Origin: Candidatus Babeliales bacterium | Lineage (GTDB): Bacteria; Babelota; Babeliae; Babelales; JANWKD01 | Assembly (NCBI GenBank): GCA_963722075.1 | Contig: CAVRJM010000001.1 | Coordinates: 800,001-864,000 of the forward strand | Reading direction: 5' to 3' | Length of the DNA: 64,000 bases | Part shown: positions 1 through 8,806 of the stretch, in pieces | Numbering within the stretch: position 1 is the stretch's first letter | How the letters are laid out: the number at the start of each line of letters is the position of its first letter | The notes under the pieces: model-generated | Told to the model about the DNA's origin: nothing | The model's input: only the letters and a program-made list of their open reading frames with translations | Databases searched by the model: none | Made by a program: the position numbers and the translations under genes

Positions 1-2
1 TC

Positions 3-974
3 GACTCCTTTGGGTTCCGGCAACGTTAAGCCTACCGGAGTAGTTATTAATTCCTGTAAATTATAGAATTTGAAAGTATTATGGTACCAATCTCCACTAA
101 CTTTATCTATTGCTGCCAATATAGAATTACCTAAAGCAATAAATCCAATATTAGGACTTTTTCTTTTAATAATCTCTATAATCTTATTTTCTTCTAAGGT
201 AAAGAGTTGTAACGTTTTATCAAATTCAGTTACTATATGCGACAACGTGGCACATCGCCAATTTGTTGAAGCATTAAAAACTACATTTTTCAAATCTAAT
301 ATTATTGTCGAAGTTTTCTTCACTTTCAATGAAGGATAAATAGCTCTTAAATAGGAAGATTCCAAACATAGGTAATCTACTAACAAATTAACTAGGGGAA
401 CTACAATTCCGGGCTTATCTTGAACCTGAATGAATAGAGTATTCATTTTTTCCCACTCATTATTCTGCGCCAATTGTATAAGCCGTTCCTTAAAAGCAGT
501 TATTAAGCTTTCTAGCCATTCCTTATTATCCAGGTAATCAAGTCCAAATAAAACATTAGCAATATGCTCTAATGGTGCTTGGTTAACATATGCCGATAGT
601 AATAATGTAAAATCCGCTCCCAGTGCCATTTTTTGATATATTTGTTTTATAATACTGATTGTTTCTTTAGGAACATTATCGGTGTAAAGCGTAATAGTAG
701 AAATACCTTCAGCGCCTTCTTCAAGCCCATAAAATGTTGAAAATCCTTGTAATATCGGAGACGCCTTTATAAAAGACCACGGTACTATCACTTCATCGAC
801 CAATATTTCATTATCATCTTCACCAACTTCCTTTAATTGAAGTAACGCTTTTTTTGATTCTTCTTCATAAAGTGAAGTCGGTCCCGGTTCTATTGGTAAC
901 TGTTCAGTTTCTTTTTGCTCCATTCCTCTCAATGTGGAAGTCAGCAGTAATAATATTACGATAAATCGCTTCAT
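3..974 (-). CDS. Secreted putative effector with N-terminal Skp1/BTB-like region (runs off the left edge; not in ORF track)
   Basis: Manual translation from ATG at 974: MKRFIVILLLLTSTLRG-MEQKE...VPWSFIKASPILQGF...NVPKETISIIKQIY...LFGLDYLDNKEWL; frame stays open to the window edge. Confidence 0.75.
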   Translation of the reverse strand, partial: MKRFIVILLLLTSTLRGMEQKETEQLPIEPGPTSLYEEESKKALLQLKEVGEDDNEILVDEVIVPWSFIKASPILQGFSTFYGLEEGAEGISTITLYTDNVPKETISIIKQIYQKMALGADFTLLLSAYVNQAPLEHIANVLFGLDYLDNKEWLESLITAFKERLIQLAQNNEWEKMNTLFIQVQDKPGIVVPLVNLLVDYLCLESSYLRAIYPSLKVKKTSTIILDLKNVVFNASTNWRCATLSHIVTEFDKTLQLFTLEENKIIEIIKRKSPNIGFIALGNSILAAIDKVSGDWYHNTFKFYNLQELITTPVGLTLPEPKGV

Positions 975-1173
975 CTTTTTCCTTAATCAAAAAGGGTGCC
1001 ACTCATTTTAACGCATAGAATACTGTATCACCTTTATAAAAATCAACGCTTATTAATGGTACCATTTGCATAGATTTACTTATCTATTATTATAAAAATG
1101 TTAGTATAGGATGATAATTTATTTTATTAATTATTCCTAATTGGATAATTAAGCATGATTAGTAAAGGAATGT

Positions 1174-2889
1174 ATGAAAAAAATTGCATTTTTATTTGTT
1201 ATATACTATTTATTTGGTAATAGTGGATTTTTATTATCAGAAACTTTCCTTGAAAACCAAGAAACATATCATTTACATACCGTTTTTTCTTCACCCCAAT
1301 TACAAAAAACATTTGGCTCTTTTTTGAGTCATGTACTCAAGCAAAACTCCCCAGAAGATTGCTATGCAATAATTAATCAGCTCATAGATAAACAGCACCC
1401 ACACCATGATCGCTCTTTGTATAATGCGTTATTGCAAAAAAGAAAGGATTTAAGACCACTTTTCTCTTTTTATACCCAATTAAAGACACTTTTTGAGCAA
1501 AAAGAACTATTAAGCAATCAAGCATCTACTCTTTTAGAATCATATAGTACGTTAGAAGGATGCGTAGAAATTGGAACACCGGGCACCTATGCAAGCGCTT
1601 TACAGAAAATTAAACCCTTTAAAGGACCTTTGTATGTAGTGAATGATAAAAAAAGCTGGCAAGATCCGTTACAGGCATTTTCCTATAATCTTTTTAAAGG
1701 GTGTACCGCATATGATTATTTTGTACCGCTTATTAATTATGAACCTCTTTGTGGTGAAATTCCTGATTCAAGCGTAGATATAGTGATATGTTTTATAGGG
1801 TTACATCATATCCCTTCAGAAAAAATAATTCCCTTCATTACTTCTATTCATCGCGTATTACGGCCAGGGGGCATATTGCTTCTACGGGAACATGATTGCT
1901 ACGATCAAACAATGGAGTCTATAATTTTCACCGCCCATAGCATGTATAACATTCTCATAAGCAATACTTCTTTAGAAGATGAACAGGCAGAAATTAGAAA
2001 TTTTCATCCATTAGATTATTGGATCTCATTACTTAAATCGCAGGGATTTAAGGCATCTTCAGAACGTTTAGTACAAGAAAATGATCCTACGGTAAATACC
2101 ATGGTTATATTTGTTAAAGAGACACAAACAGAAGATGAACAGTTACAAGCTATTTCCCGCCAGTTAAAAGATGATCCAAGTTACCAAATAGATGCGACGC
2201 AAACATATCTTACCTCACCTGAATGGGTTAACGTTGATGCTTCTCAAGAATATGCTTCCTTCATTGAACATACGCCATTTTATAAGTTTCCTTATCTAAA
2301 ACAAATAGATACTTATTGGCAAGTTTTTAAACATTCATGGAAAACGGCACGAAAAAAACAAAGCGCCTTTAAATTAGCAACCTCTTCTTATACCCTGATG
2401 AATCTTTTTGTTGGTATTTTTATGAGTATAGAATATGGGGCAAAAGCATTAATTTCATGGCCTATTGGCAATTTGTATCAGGATGGCAAACCAACTCCTA
2501 TCAAATTATTAGTAAAAGATCCGCGCAATCAGCTTGGCAATGTAGACTCTCGAATCACTATTGTTAAAGAATATCCTGAAAGCTCCTTTGTATTAATTGC
2601 GATGCCACGCAATAAAGAATTTCTGGCAATTATAGAAAAACTCAATAGTACTGATATCACCCTAGAAGAAATTGCTGGTCAAAAAGAAATTCAAATTAAA
2701 GTAAAGGGAACGCCTCAAGACATTTTATTTATAGATCAATCCGGATGTACAGTAGAATATAGTTGGCAGATTCCTACGGATCCAGCGTTTATGTATGCAG
2801 CACTTACCATAGAAATCCACCATCTTAAAGAAATCTTTAAGCAATTAGCAGCTCAAAATATTGCTATAGTTCATATTCATGATTTCTAA
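1174..2889 (+). CDS. Class I SAM-dependent methyltransferase domain protein with signal peptide
   Basis: VEIGTPG motif I-like; DSSVDIVICFIGLHHI and RVLRPGGILLLREHD motifs. Confidence 0.75.
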   Translation: MKKIAFLFVIYYLFGNSGFLLSETFLENQETYHLHTVFSSPQLQKTFGSFLSHVLKQNSPEDCYAIINQLIDKQHPHHDRSLYNALLQKRKDLRPLFSFYTQLKTLFEQKELLSNQASTLLESYSTLEGCVEIGTPGTYASALQKIKPFKGPLYVVNDKKSWQDPLQAFSYNLFKGCTAYDYFVPLINYEPLCGEIPDSSVDIVICFIGLHHIPSEKIIPFITSIHRVLRPGGILLLREHDCYDQTMESIIFTAHSMYNILISNTSLEDEQAEIRNFHPLDYWISLLKSQGFKASSERLVQENDPTVNTMVIFVKETQTEDEQLQAISRQLKDDPSYQIDATQTYLTSPEWVNVDASQEYASFIEHTPFYKFPYLKQIDTYWQVFKHSWKTARKKQSAFKLATSSYTLMNLFVGIFMSIEYGAKALISWPIGNLYQDGKPTPIKLLVKDPRNQLGNVDSRITIVKEYPESSFVLIAMPRNKEFLAIIEKLNSTDITLEEIAGQKEIQIKVKGTPQDILFIDQSGCTVEYSWQIPTDPAFMYAALTIEIHHLKEIFKQLAAQNIAIVHIHDF

Positions 2890-2909
2890 GCTGTTTTTTG
2901 TAATTAATT

Positions 2910-3470
2910 TCATTCAGGAAGTTCAAAATGCCACCATGAGCTTCCTTCAGGTTGTACAAAACCTGATTTAGTCATCGCCTCATATAATATGTTTCGATGC
3001 TGTTGTGCTGCTGCAGAAATATCAGTACATGATGCAAGTGATTTTATGGTAATACAATCAAAAGCTGTTGGCATTTCTACTTCTTGTAAGGTAGCATTGT
3101 CTACTAACGTAACATCAACAGCCATGCCACGGGTATGCGCATCTCCCCTATGGGGATCGGTAATATAACGAGCATCTGAAAGTAACCGCCAAATTTTTTC
3201 TAATTGTTCACGCGGTTGAAACGCATCCCATATTTTTAAACCAAAACCTTGCAATTGTAATTGATGCTGTGCTTTTTTTAATGCTTCTATCATGCGTGTA
3301 TCAGCACAGCAAACAAAATCAGCATCATAAATTGGTTCCTGAACAATATTATTTTTAGTGGCATATTGTAAATCAATTATAAGCGAGGGGATTGCTTGTG
3401 AAAGCGGTACCAGCTGAGCAGATAGTGAAGCGACTAATACGAAGGGGATAATTTTAATTAAGTAATTCAT
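2910..3470 (-). CDS. ddpX: D-Ala-D-Ala dipeptidase-like protein (VanX/DdpX, M15D) with altered catalytic residues
   Basis: DLQYATKNN, LKIWDAFQP, HTRGMAVDVTL, MPTAFD and WWHF motifs. Confidence 0.8.
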   Translation of the reverse strand: MNYLIKIIPFVLVASLSAQLVPLSQAIPSLIIDLQYATKNNIVQEPIYDADFVCCADTRMIEALKKAQHQLQLQGFGLKIWDAFQPREQLEKIWRLLSDARYITDPHRGDAHTRGMAVDVTLVDNATLQEVEMPTAFDCITIKSLASCTDISAAAQQHRNILYEAMTKSGFVQPEGSSWWHFELPE

Positions 3471-3770
3471 TTATTCTTCCTTTTTTAATTGTTGATTATA
3501 TTCCATTTCAAGTTTATGCCAAAGCTGTTCTGCATTTCCGCCATTTAAAACCGTATATTCCAAAAAGTCATCATCGAGCGATGTTGCAACAAATTCTTCT
3601 GCCTTAAATTCAAAAATACCGTTAACATTTTTTTTACCCGCTTTATGAAATGCATTTTCAATAGTATCAAATCCATCCTCATCGCTGTAACGACTAATAA
3701 GCAATAAATTTTCCATTGCCGACGTATATAAGGTGGAAAAAAGAATTATAAAAAGAAAAAGATACTTCAT
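3471..3770 (-). CDS. Small secreted hypothetical protein (signal + ME)
   Basis: MKYLFLFIILFSTLYTSA-MENLL; GGAG upstream of ATG 3770. Confidence 0.7.
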   Translation of the reverse strand: MKYLFLFIILFSTLYTSAMENLLLISRYSDEDGFDTIENAFHKAGKKNVNGIFEFKAEEFVATSLDDDFLEYTVLNGGNAEQLWHKLEMEYNQQLKKEE

Positions 3771-3888
3771 TGGGCAACTCCTTTTATAGAACAATTATGG
3801 TTACATAATGTAACTATAAAAAATGCATTACACAATGAATTAGATAAAAAGGTATGATTATTTTATTAGAATATTCTTTTATTTAAAA

Positions 3889-4242
3889 TTACCAACGCAT
3901 GTTTCGATAATAATAACCATCTTGAATCACGCTGCGAAAATAATTACGGTGACGATTAGTGAATGAACTGTAGGTAGGATGTATCGTTCTTTGAGTTGGT
4001 TGATATCCATAGGGAACAACTTGTTCATTATCAGGTATTTCTGAATAGCGTTCATATAAAAATGGTATATTGTATACATCTCTATTTTCCGTATCTATGC
4101 GAAGAGCACTTTTTCGCCATGCTGGATTATTATAATCTACAAAAGGATCTCCATCATGCCATTCATTGTCAACGGCATACATTGATGATAATGAGTGACT
4201 TAAGCATATTATGAGAATAAATATAGATATTTTTTTGAACAT
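3889..4242 (-). CDS. Small secreted hypothetical protein
   Basis: MFKKISIFILIICLSHSLSS-MYAVD; GAGG upstream of ATG 4242. Confidence 0.65.
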   Translation of the reverse strand: MFKKISIFILIICLSHSLSSMYAVDNEWHDGDPFVDYNNPAWRKSALRIDTENRDVYNIPFLYERYSEIPDNEQVVPYGYQPTQRTIHPTYSSFTNRHRNYFRSVIQDGYYYRNMRW

Positions 4243-4351
4243 TATAACCTCAATTATCAGAAATTTATGTAATGATCTCCAGGAGAAAATCATTCATTAT
4301 TATATATAATAGTAGCAAAAACAAGCTTTAAAACGCAATAGATTTGATTGG

Positions 4352-4679
4352 CAGGGCAAATGCATTTAAAATATCGAATTCAAAAGAGTTCAATAAAATG
4401 CTGGATTGCTTCGATCCGTCTTCGTTAAAACTACGCCGGACAGGCGTGCTATTCTTGACGGAATCCGGCGAAGCCCTGGCGAAGTCGGACGCACTCGCAA
4501 CGACGTTTTTTGCTTTAGGCTATCGTCGTCCCGATCCAGCCTTCGCCTATAGGCTTCGGCGGGACAAGGCGTCGTGGGGACCTGGGCGTCAAAGCTTTTA
4601 GCGTAGTCGCCTCCAGGCTAAATTAATATGATTTAATTTTTTTTAGCTTAAATACTTATCATTTGATGCATTTGCCCTG
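4352..4679. mobile_element. MITE-like composite element: 14-bp terminal inverted repeats enclosing two REP hairpins with nested inserts
   Basis: CAGGGCAAATGCAT (4352-4365) and ATGCATTTGCCCTG (4666-4679); REP units 4401-4505 and 4524-4616; right arm similar to 42690-42756. Confidence 0.7.
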
Positions 4680-4815
4680 TAGGTAGGACAAAGTACACCA
4701 ATTATTTACACTGTAGCTATTTTTGATGCTTTTGAAAACTTTGTAAAATTTATACTCGAAGTCTAAAACATAATAGTATATGAAGTGATCCAGACCTTTT
4801 AAATTCTGAAATATA

Positions 4816-5493
4816 TTAATCCTCAAATGCCAAATGGATGCCGAATTTAATCCATATAACCTTCCATGCTTCATTACCAAATTTTGTAATAAAATTTTTA
4901 AATTCGTCAGTCTCATTTAATGTTTCATAAATTTTTGAAATTACATTTGTATTTTTAAAAGTACTCAATATAGAATAGAGTTCATCTGCAATTTCATCCT
5001 GATCATCTTCAGTTAACGGAGCCGCTCTTTTCATGTTTTCAACTAATATTTCTTTAATTTGTTCTACCAAGGAAGGAACAATAATCTTATCTATTAACTG
5101 TTGTACATCATTATTAGCTTTCAATTTATCTGAAAGCTTATATTGATCTTCTACTGGTAATGTTGCCATACTTTCGATTATTTGATTCCAATCGTGTTGA
5201 TATTTTTTTGCTACTTCTTCTTTACTTTTTCCTTCTGAATAAACCTTGAGCAGTTCTCTTACCAAGTTTATAGCCTTATTATAAACTGCATCAACAGCTA
5301 ATTTTTTTTGCTGCGTTGAAGGGGGAAAAGGCCCCGGTCTTTTTACTTCTGAAGGTTTTTTTGGGCCTGTCAATTGAATATGCAATTGTTCAATTTTTCC
5401 TTTTAATGATTGTAAATCAGTAAATAGCTCAGCTTCAATAAAAGAGCTCATAAGTAGTACGGTAATTAAAATTTCATACTTCATCAATTTCAC
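4816..5493 (-). CDS. Secreted helical hypothetical protein, paralog of 5778-6656
   Basis: Signal peptide, leucine heptad after it, C-terminal EFKNFITKFGNEAWKVIW. Confidence 0.75.
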   Translation of the reverse strand: MKLMKYEILITVLLMSSFIEAELFTDLQSLKGKIEQLHIQLTGPKKPSEVKRPGPFPPSTQQKKLAVDAVYNKAINLVRELLKVYSEGKSKEEVAKKYQHDWNQIIESMATLPVEDQYKLSDKLKANNDVQQLIDKIIVPSLVEQIKEILVENMKRAAPLTEDDQDEIADELYSILSTFKNTNVISKIYETLNETDEFKNFITKFGNEAWKVIWIKFGIHLAFED

Positions 5494-5628
5494 CTTTCAA
5501 AATCTTTTCAAGCAAATTATTTTTATCGTAGTTATTTTACCTTATCCCGGTCAATAAATTTAGGTTTTGTTGAGTTTTATATCTTTAATTGCTTACTAAA
5601 TACTCAATTGATGTAAATTATTAAGGGA

Positions 5629-5710
5629 CGTCGTTGCGAGCTTGTCGAAGCAATCCAGGTTTTCTTGAAAATTTTAGCCTGGATCACCACGCCTTCGGCT
5701 CGTGACGACG
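5629..5710. repeat. Inverted pair of CGTC-type REP hairpins
   Basis: cgtcgttgcgagcttgtcgaagcaatccag (5629-5658) and ctggatcaccacgccttcggctcgtgacgacg (5679-5710). Confidence 0.9.
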
Positions 5711-5777
5711 GCTTTTTCCCAATATAATCATTTTTCAAAAGCACAACGGACCCTAGACTTCTCTAATTCTATTGAGC

Positions 5778-6656
5778 TTAATATAAACTTTTAACGGTTG
5801 CCCAGATTCTTTGCGCTTGCTCTCTAAACTTATACATAAAATTCTTATACTCTCTCGTATGTTCTATCGCCCTCATTATTTCATAAACAAGCTTAGTATC
5901 ATTCTTAGGCAGCTTTCCTTTTATTATGCTAATTATATTGTTAATCTGCACTTCACTAATAGGATATGCCACCTTTTGCAGAGAATTTAAATATTTTTTC
6001 AGGTCATTATAGGAATTAATCAGCTTATCAAATTTTTGCAGTTCTTTATTGGTACTACTTTTTTCACCAAACCGTTGCGTAAATTGTTGCATATCTTCTG
6101 CTGTAAATTGCCTCATTTTTGGTTTATAAGAATTTGTTATTTGTAAAGCGTCCTGCTTACTTATAACCTTAATTTCATCAAGGGTTAATTCATGGCTCCT
6201 AAATTGCGTCACTAAGCTTTTTGCAACTTCAGCCAATTCATTTACCATAGCATCAGCTATTTTTTCAATTGGTCCTTGCTGCTCTTCAAACGCTTTGGTT
6301 ACTAACGCAACTATTTTTTTTTGATCATTTTTATTAAAATGCATTTTAACGTAATTGGAATATCGGCGGTCCATTTCTTGTAACGCCTTGCTATATGCTT
6401 CTAAATCGATTGCAGCATGTGCATATTTTTCCTTTAATTTCTCAACTTTTTTTATCATTTTTTGAGAAATCATATCAGCAACCTGTTGAACTTCTATAAC
6501 ACTTTTATTGGGCAATCCTGATTTTGATACTGATATAAGTTTAGTTTCTAAATCCCGTAATGATTCCTTAAGCGATTCTAAATGAGCGCCTATATCAGCA
6601 TGGATTGAAAAAATAGTACCTAAAATTAAAATACCGTAGAGAAAATAAGACTTCAT
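5778..6656 (-). CDS. Secreted helical hypothetical protein, paralog of 4816-5493
   Basis: Signal peptide; C-terminal EYKNFMYKFREQAQRIW. Confidence 0.75.
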   Translation of the reverse strand: MKSYFLYGILILGTIFSIHADIGAHLESLKESLRDLETKLISVSKSGLPNKSVIEVQQVADMISQKMIKKVEKLKEKYAHAAIDLEAYSKALQEMDRRYSNYVKMHFNKNDQKKIVALVTKAFEEQQGPIEKIADAMVNELAEVAKSLVTQFRSHELTLDEIKVISKQDALQITNSYKPKMRQFTAEDMQQFTQRFGEKSSTNKELQKFDKLINSYNDLKKYLNSLQKVAYPISEVQINNIISIIKGKLPKNDTKLVYEIMRAIEHTREYKNFMYKFREQAQRIWATVKSLY

Positions 6657-6715
6657 ACATATCCCCTTTATATATAATGTTATATTACCGGGATATTATC
6701 TTGTTAGTAAAGTGT

Positions 6716-7741
6716 TTAATAACGTAGCTGCTCTAAAAGAGCTGCACCTTGCGCTGCTAAGTGCGAATCATGAGAAAGATTGTATTTTTGGTAAAAGGCA
6801 TGAACTATTACTTTATAAAGATGCGTGTCATGAATGTCATCTTTTAAATATGCTGAATGGCCTGAATTTTCTAAGGGCAATAAATATAAGTCACGTAGCC
6901 CGTTTTTCTTCAAGACATCACACAATTCACGCGTACGATCGATAGGAACTAATAAATCGCGGGAAGAACCGACAAAAAGAATTGGTATGTTATAGATGTT
7001 ACACATTGCTACAAATGCTTTGGCCACCGCTGGATGTAAGGGAGAAATGCCATTATATTTATAGAGCGTTCCTAACGAAATTAAAAAACTAAAATGAGTT
7101 AATTGATCAAGCGATCCATAACATCCCTCAAGCACTAGTGCTCTTACTTTTTTACAGCTTTTTTTAACATATTCTAACGCCATAAAGTTAATAAGTGTTA
7201 CCGCGCCGCGAGAGGTGCCAAATAATACTATATCTTCGGCATCCTCGTGATAATCGCAATATCGATCATATAGACTTGAAAAACGAACAACATCAGGTAA
7301 TTGACCAAAATTCATCTTAAATATATTTAATAGATACGGATCTAAAGTTAAGCCATTTTTTGGCTCGCCTTCAATTGAAATTTGATAGCGGTTATTACTT
7401 GTTGTGAGAATTGAATGGGCCGTTTTATAGATCTGATTTAATAGAAGTGCATACGGCATCCAAGATTTTTGTACATACAATAGCAATGCTAATTTTACTA
7501 ATGAAATTTCAGCAAAATTACACCCATGAGTATATGGCCCATTGATGAGTTCATTACCATGCTGAGTAACAATCTTTTGCCCGGTTGAAGCAGTATATTC
7601 TAAGCAGTATTTGCCTGCTTGATGCTCTGAAGAAATAATCCCTGGAGCAAAAAGATAGGTATTATATGGTTGTGTCCATTGGTTGGCAATCACCCCATTA
7701 TTCATTACTAGCAATCCCAACATTATTACAATGTTTAGCAA
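6716..7741 (-). CDS. Secreted alpha/beta hydrolase
   Basis: GTSRG nucleophile elbow, DLLVP Asp and SGHS His; signal peptide. Confidence 0.75.
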   Translation of the reverse strand: MLNIVIMLGLLVMNNGVIANQWTQPYNTYLFAPGIISSEHQAGKYCLEYTASTGQKIVTQHGNELINGPYTHGCNFAEISLVKLALLLYVQKSWMPYALLLNQIYKTAHSILTTSNNRYQISIEGEPKNGLTLDPYLLNIFKMNFGQLPDVVRFSSLYDRYCDYHEDAEDIVLFGTSRGAVTLINFMALEYVKKSCKKVRALVLEGCYGSLDQLTHFSFLISLGTLYKYNGISPLHPAVAKAFVAMCNIYNIPILFVGSSRDLLVPIDRTRELCDVLKKNGLRDLYLLPLENSGHSAYLKDDIHDTHLYKVIVHAFYQKYNLSHDSHLAAQGAALLEQLRY

Positions 7742-8352
7742 TTTTTAAATTTTCCCCAGAGACGTGTATAAATTCTCTCTGCTTTTTCCTTAAGTTCCGT
7801 TTTTTTATTCCATTTGTTATTACCAGTATTCCTAAAAGTATAGAAATCTGTTACTAAATTTATCAATTGCTGATCTTTAGTAAAGTATATTGTTTGACAT
7901 TTGTTGGCATGCTCCAGCGCGGCATCTTTACTATTTTGATCCTTTTTCTTAAGATCATCTTTAATTATATTATTAATTTTTCGACGTTCTTCACTCTGTG
8001 TATTCCACCAACATTTAAAATTTTTATTTAAGTAATAACCGCCAAAGAAGGCACCAATTAAAGCTGCTGCAGACCACCCTTGGCCATTATAAATCGCTTT
8101 ACCCATTTTACCTAACCCACTTATTGGTTTGATAGTAAATGTCACTTTATCATCAAGCCATTGCATCCAACCCATTCCTTGGGTATTAGTGTTAAAAGTT
8201 AACGAACTAAGCGGTACCGTTATTTTAGCCACTACGGAAGCACTAGTTGGTGACGGTAACGAATCAAACCAGGACATCCATACTGATGCCTGTAATGATA
8301 AACCACTCGTGCAAAATAATAAAAGAAAAGAAAGAGATTTGATAAATTTCAT
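7735..8352 (-). CDS. Hypothetical exported/membrane protein
   Basis: Signal peptide plus one internal hydrophobic segment; GGAGG upstream. Confidence 0.65.
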   Translation of the reverse strand: MKFIKSLSFLLLFCTSGLSLQASVWMSWFDSLPSPTSASVVAKITVPLSSLTFNTNTQGMGWMQWLDDKVTFTIKPISGLGKMGKAIYNGQGWSAAALIGAFFGGYYLNKNFKCWWNTQSEERRKINNIIKDDLKKKDQNSKDAALEHANKCQTIYFTKDQQLINLVTDFYTFRNTGNNKWNKKTELKEKAERIYTRLWGKFKNC

Positions 8353-8587
8353 GAAATCCTCCATTTAACGCGTAAGAACGCATATTCCATATATATTTTA
8401 TATTAAAATGTCTCAAGAAATTGTCAATCAATTTTACAGGTTTAATTCTATTAATTATTTTGAAAGAGATATACTAAATATATATTGCAAAATGAATTAA
8501 TTGCTTCCCCGAGCACATAATAGTGGGGAATATGCATAGGACGCCATAAACAGTAAAAAAATAACTATTTTTTCTTATAGTATTTAT

Positions 8588-8616
8588 TTGACAAAAGTTA
8601 CAATTTGTCTTATCTT
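8588..8616 (+). promoter_or_regulatory. Sigma70-like promoter upstream of deaD
   Basis: TTGACA-17 bp-TATCTT. Confidence 0.55.
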
Positions 8617-8806
8617 AGTAGTAAATCCTATGAAGGCGCACAGACGGTATGCCCTTCGGGGTATACAGTAAAAAGCGTTAAAAAACACCTTATGGACTTC
8701 TTTCAAGCTATCCGCCGTCACAGCGTGCATTTAGTTGGCAACATTCAATCTAAAAGCCTTGCTTTTAAGCTCGAAAACCATAAGCCTATTATAGGATATA
8801 TTTCTT

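Noticed and set aside
70..339. 89-aa + strand ORF
   Set aside because: Antisense shadow of the longer signal-peptide gene on the minus strand (3-974).
4344..4601. 85-aa ORF across the GC-rich repeat
   Set aside because: Reads through nested palindromes; TTG start, no protein features.
7735..7750. Other near-terminal cysteines (KFKNC here, also LHSTC, LQCR, FECI) as prenylation motifs
   Set aside because: Cys is not at position -4; HSTC is a normal Mth938-family ending.
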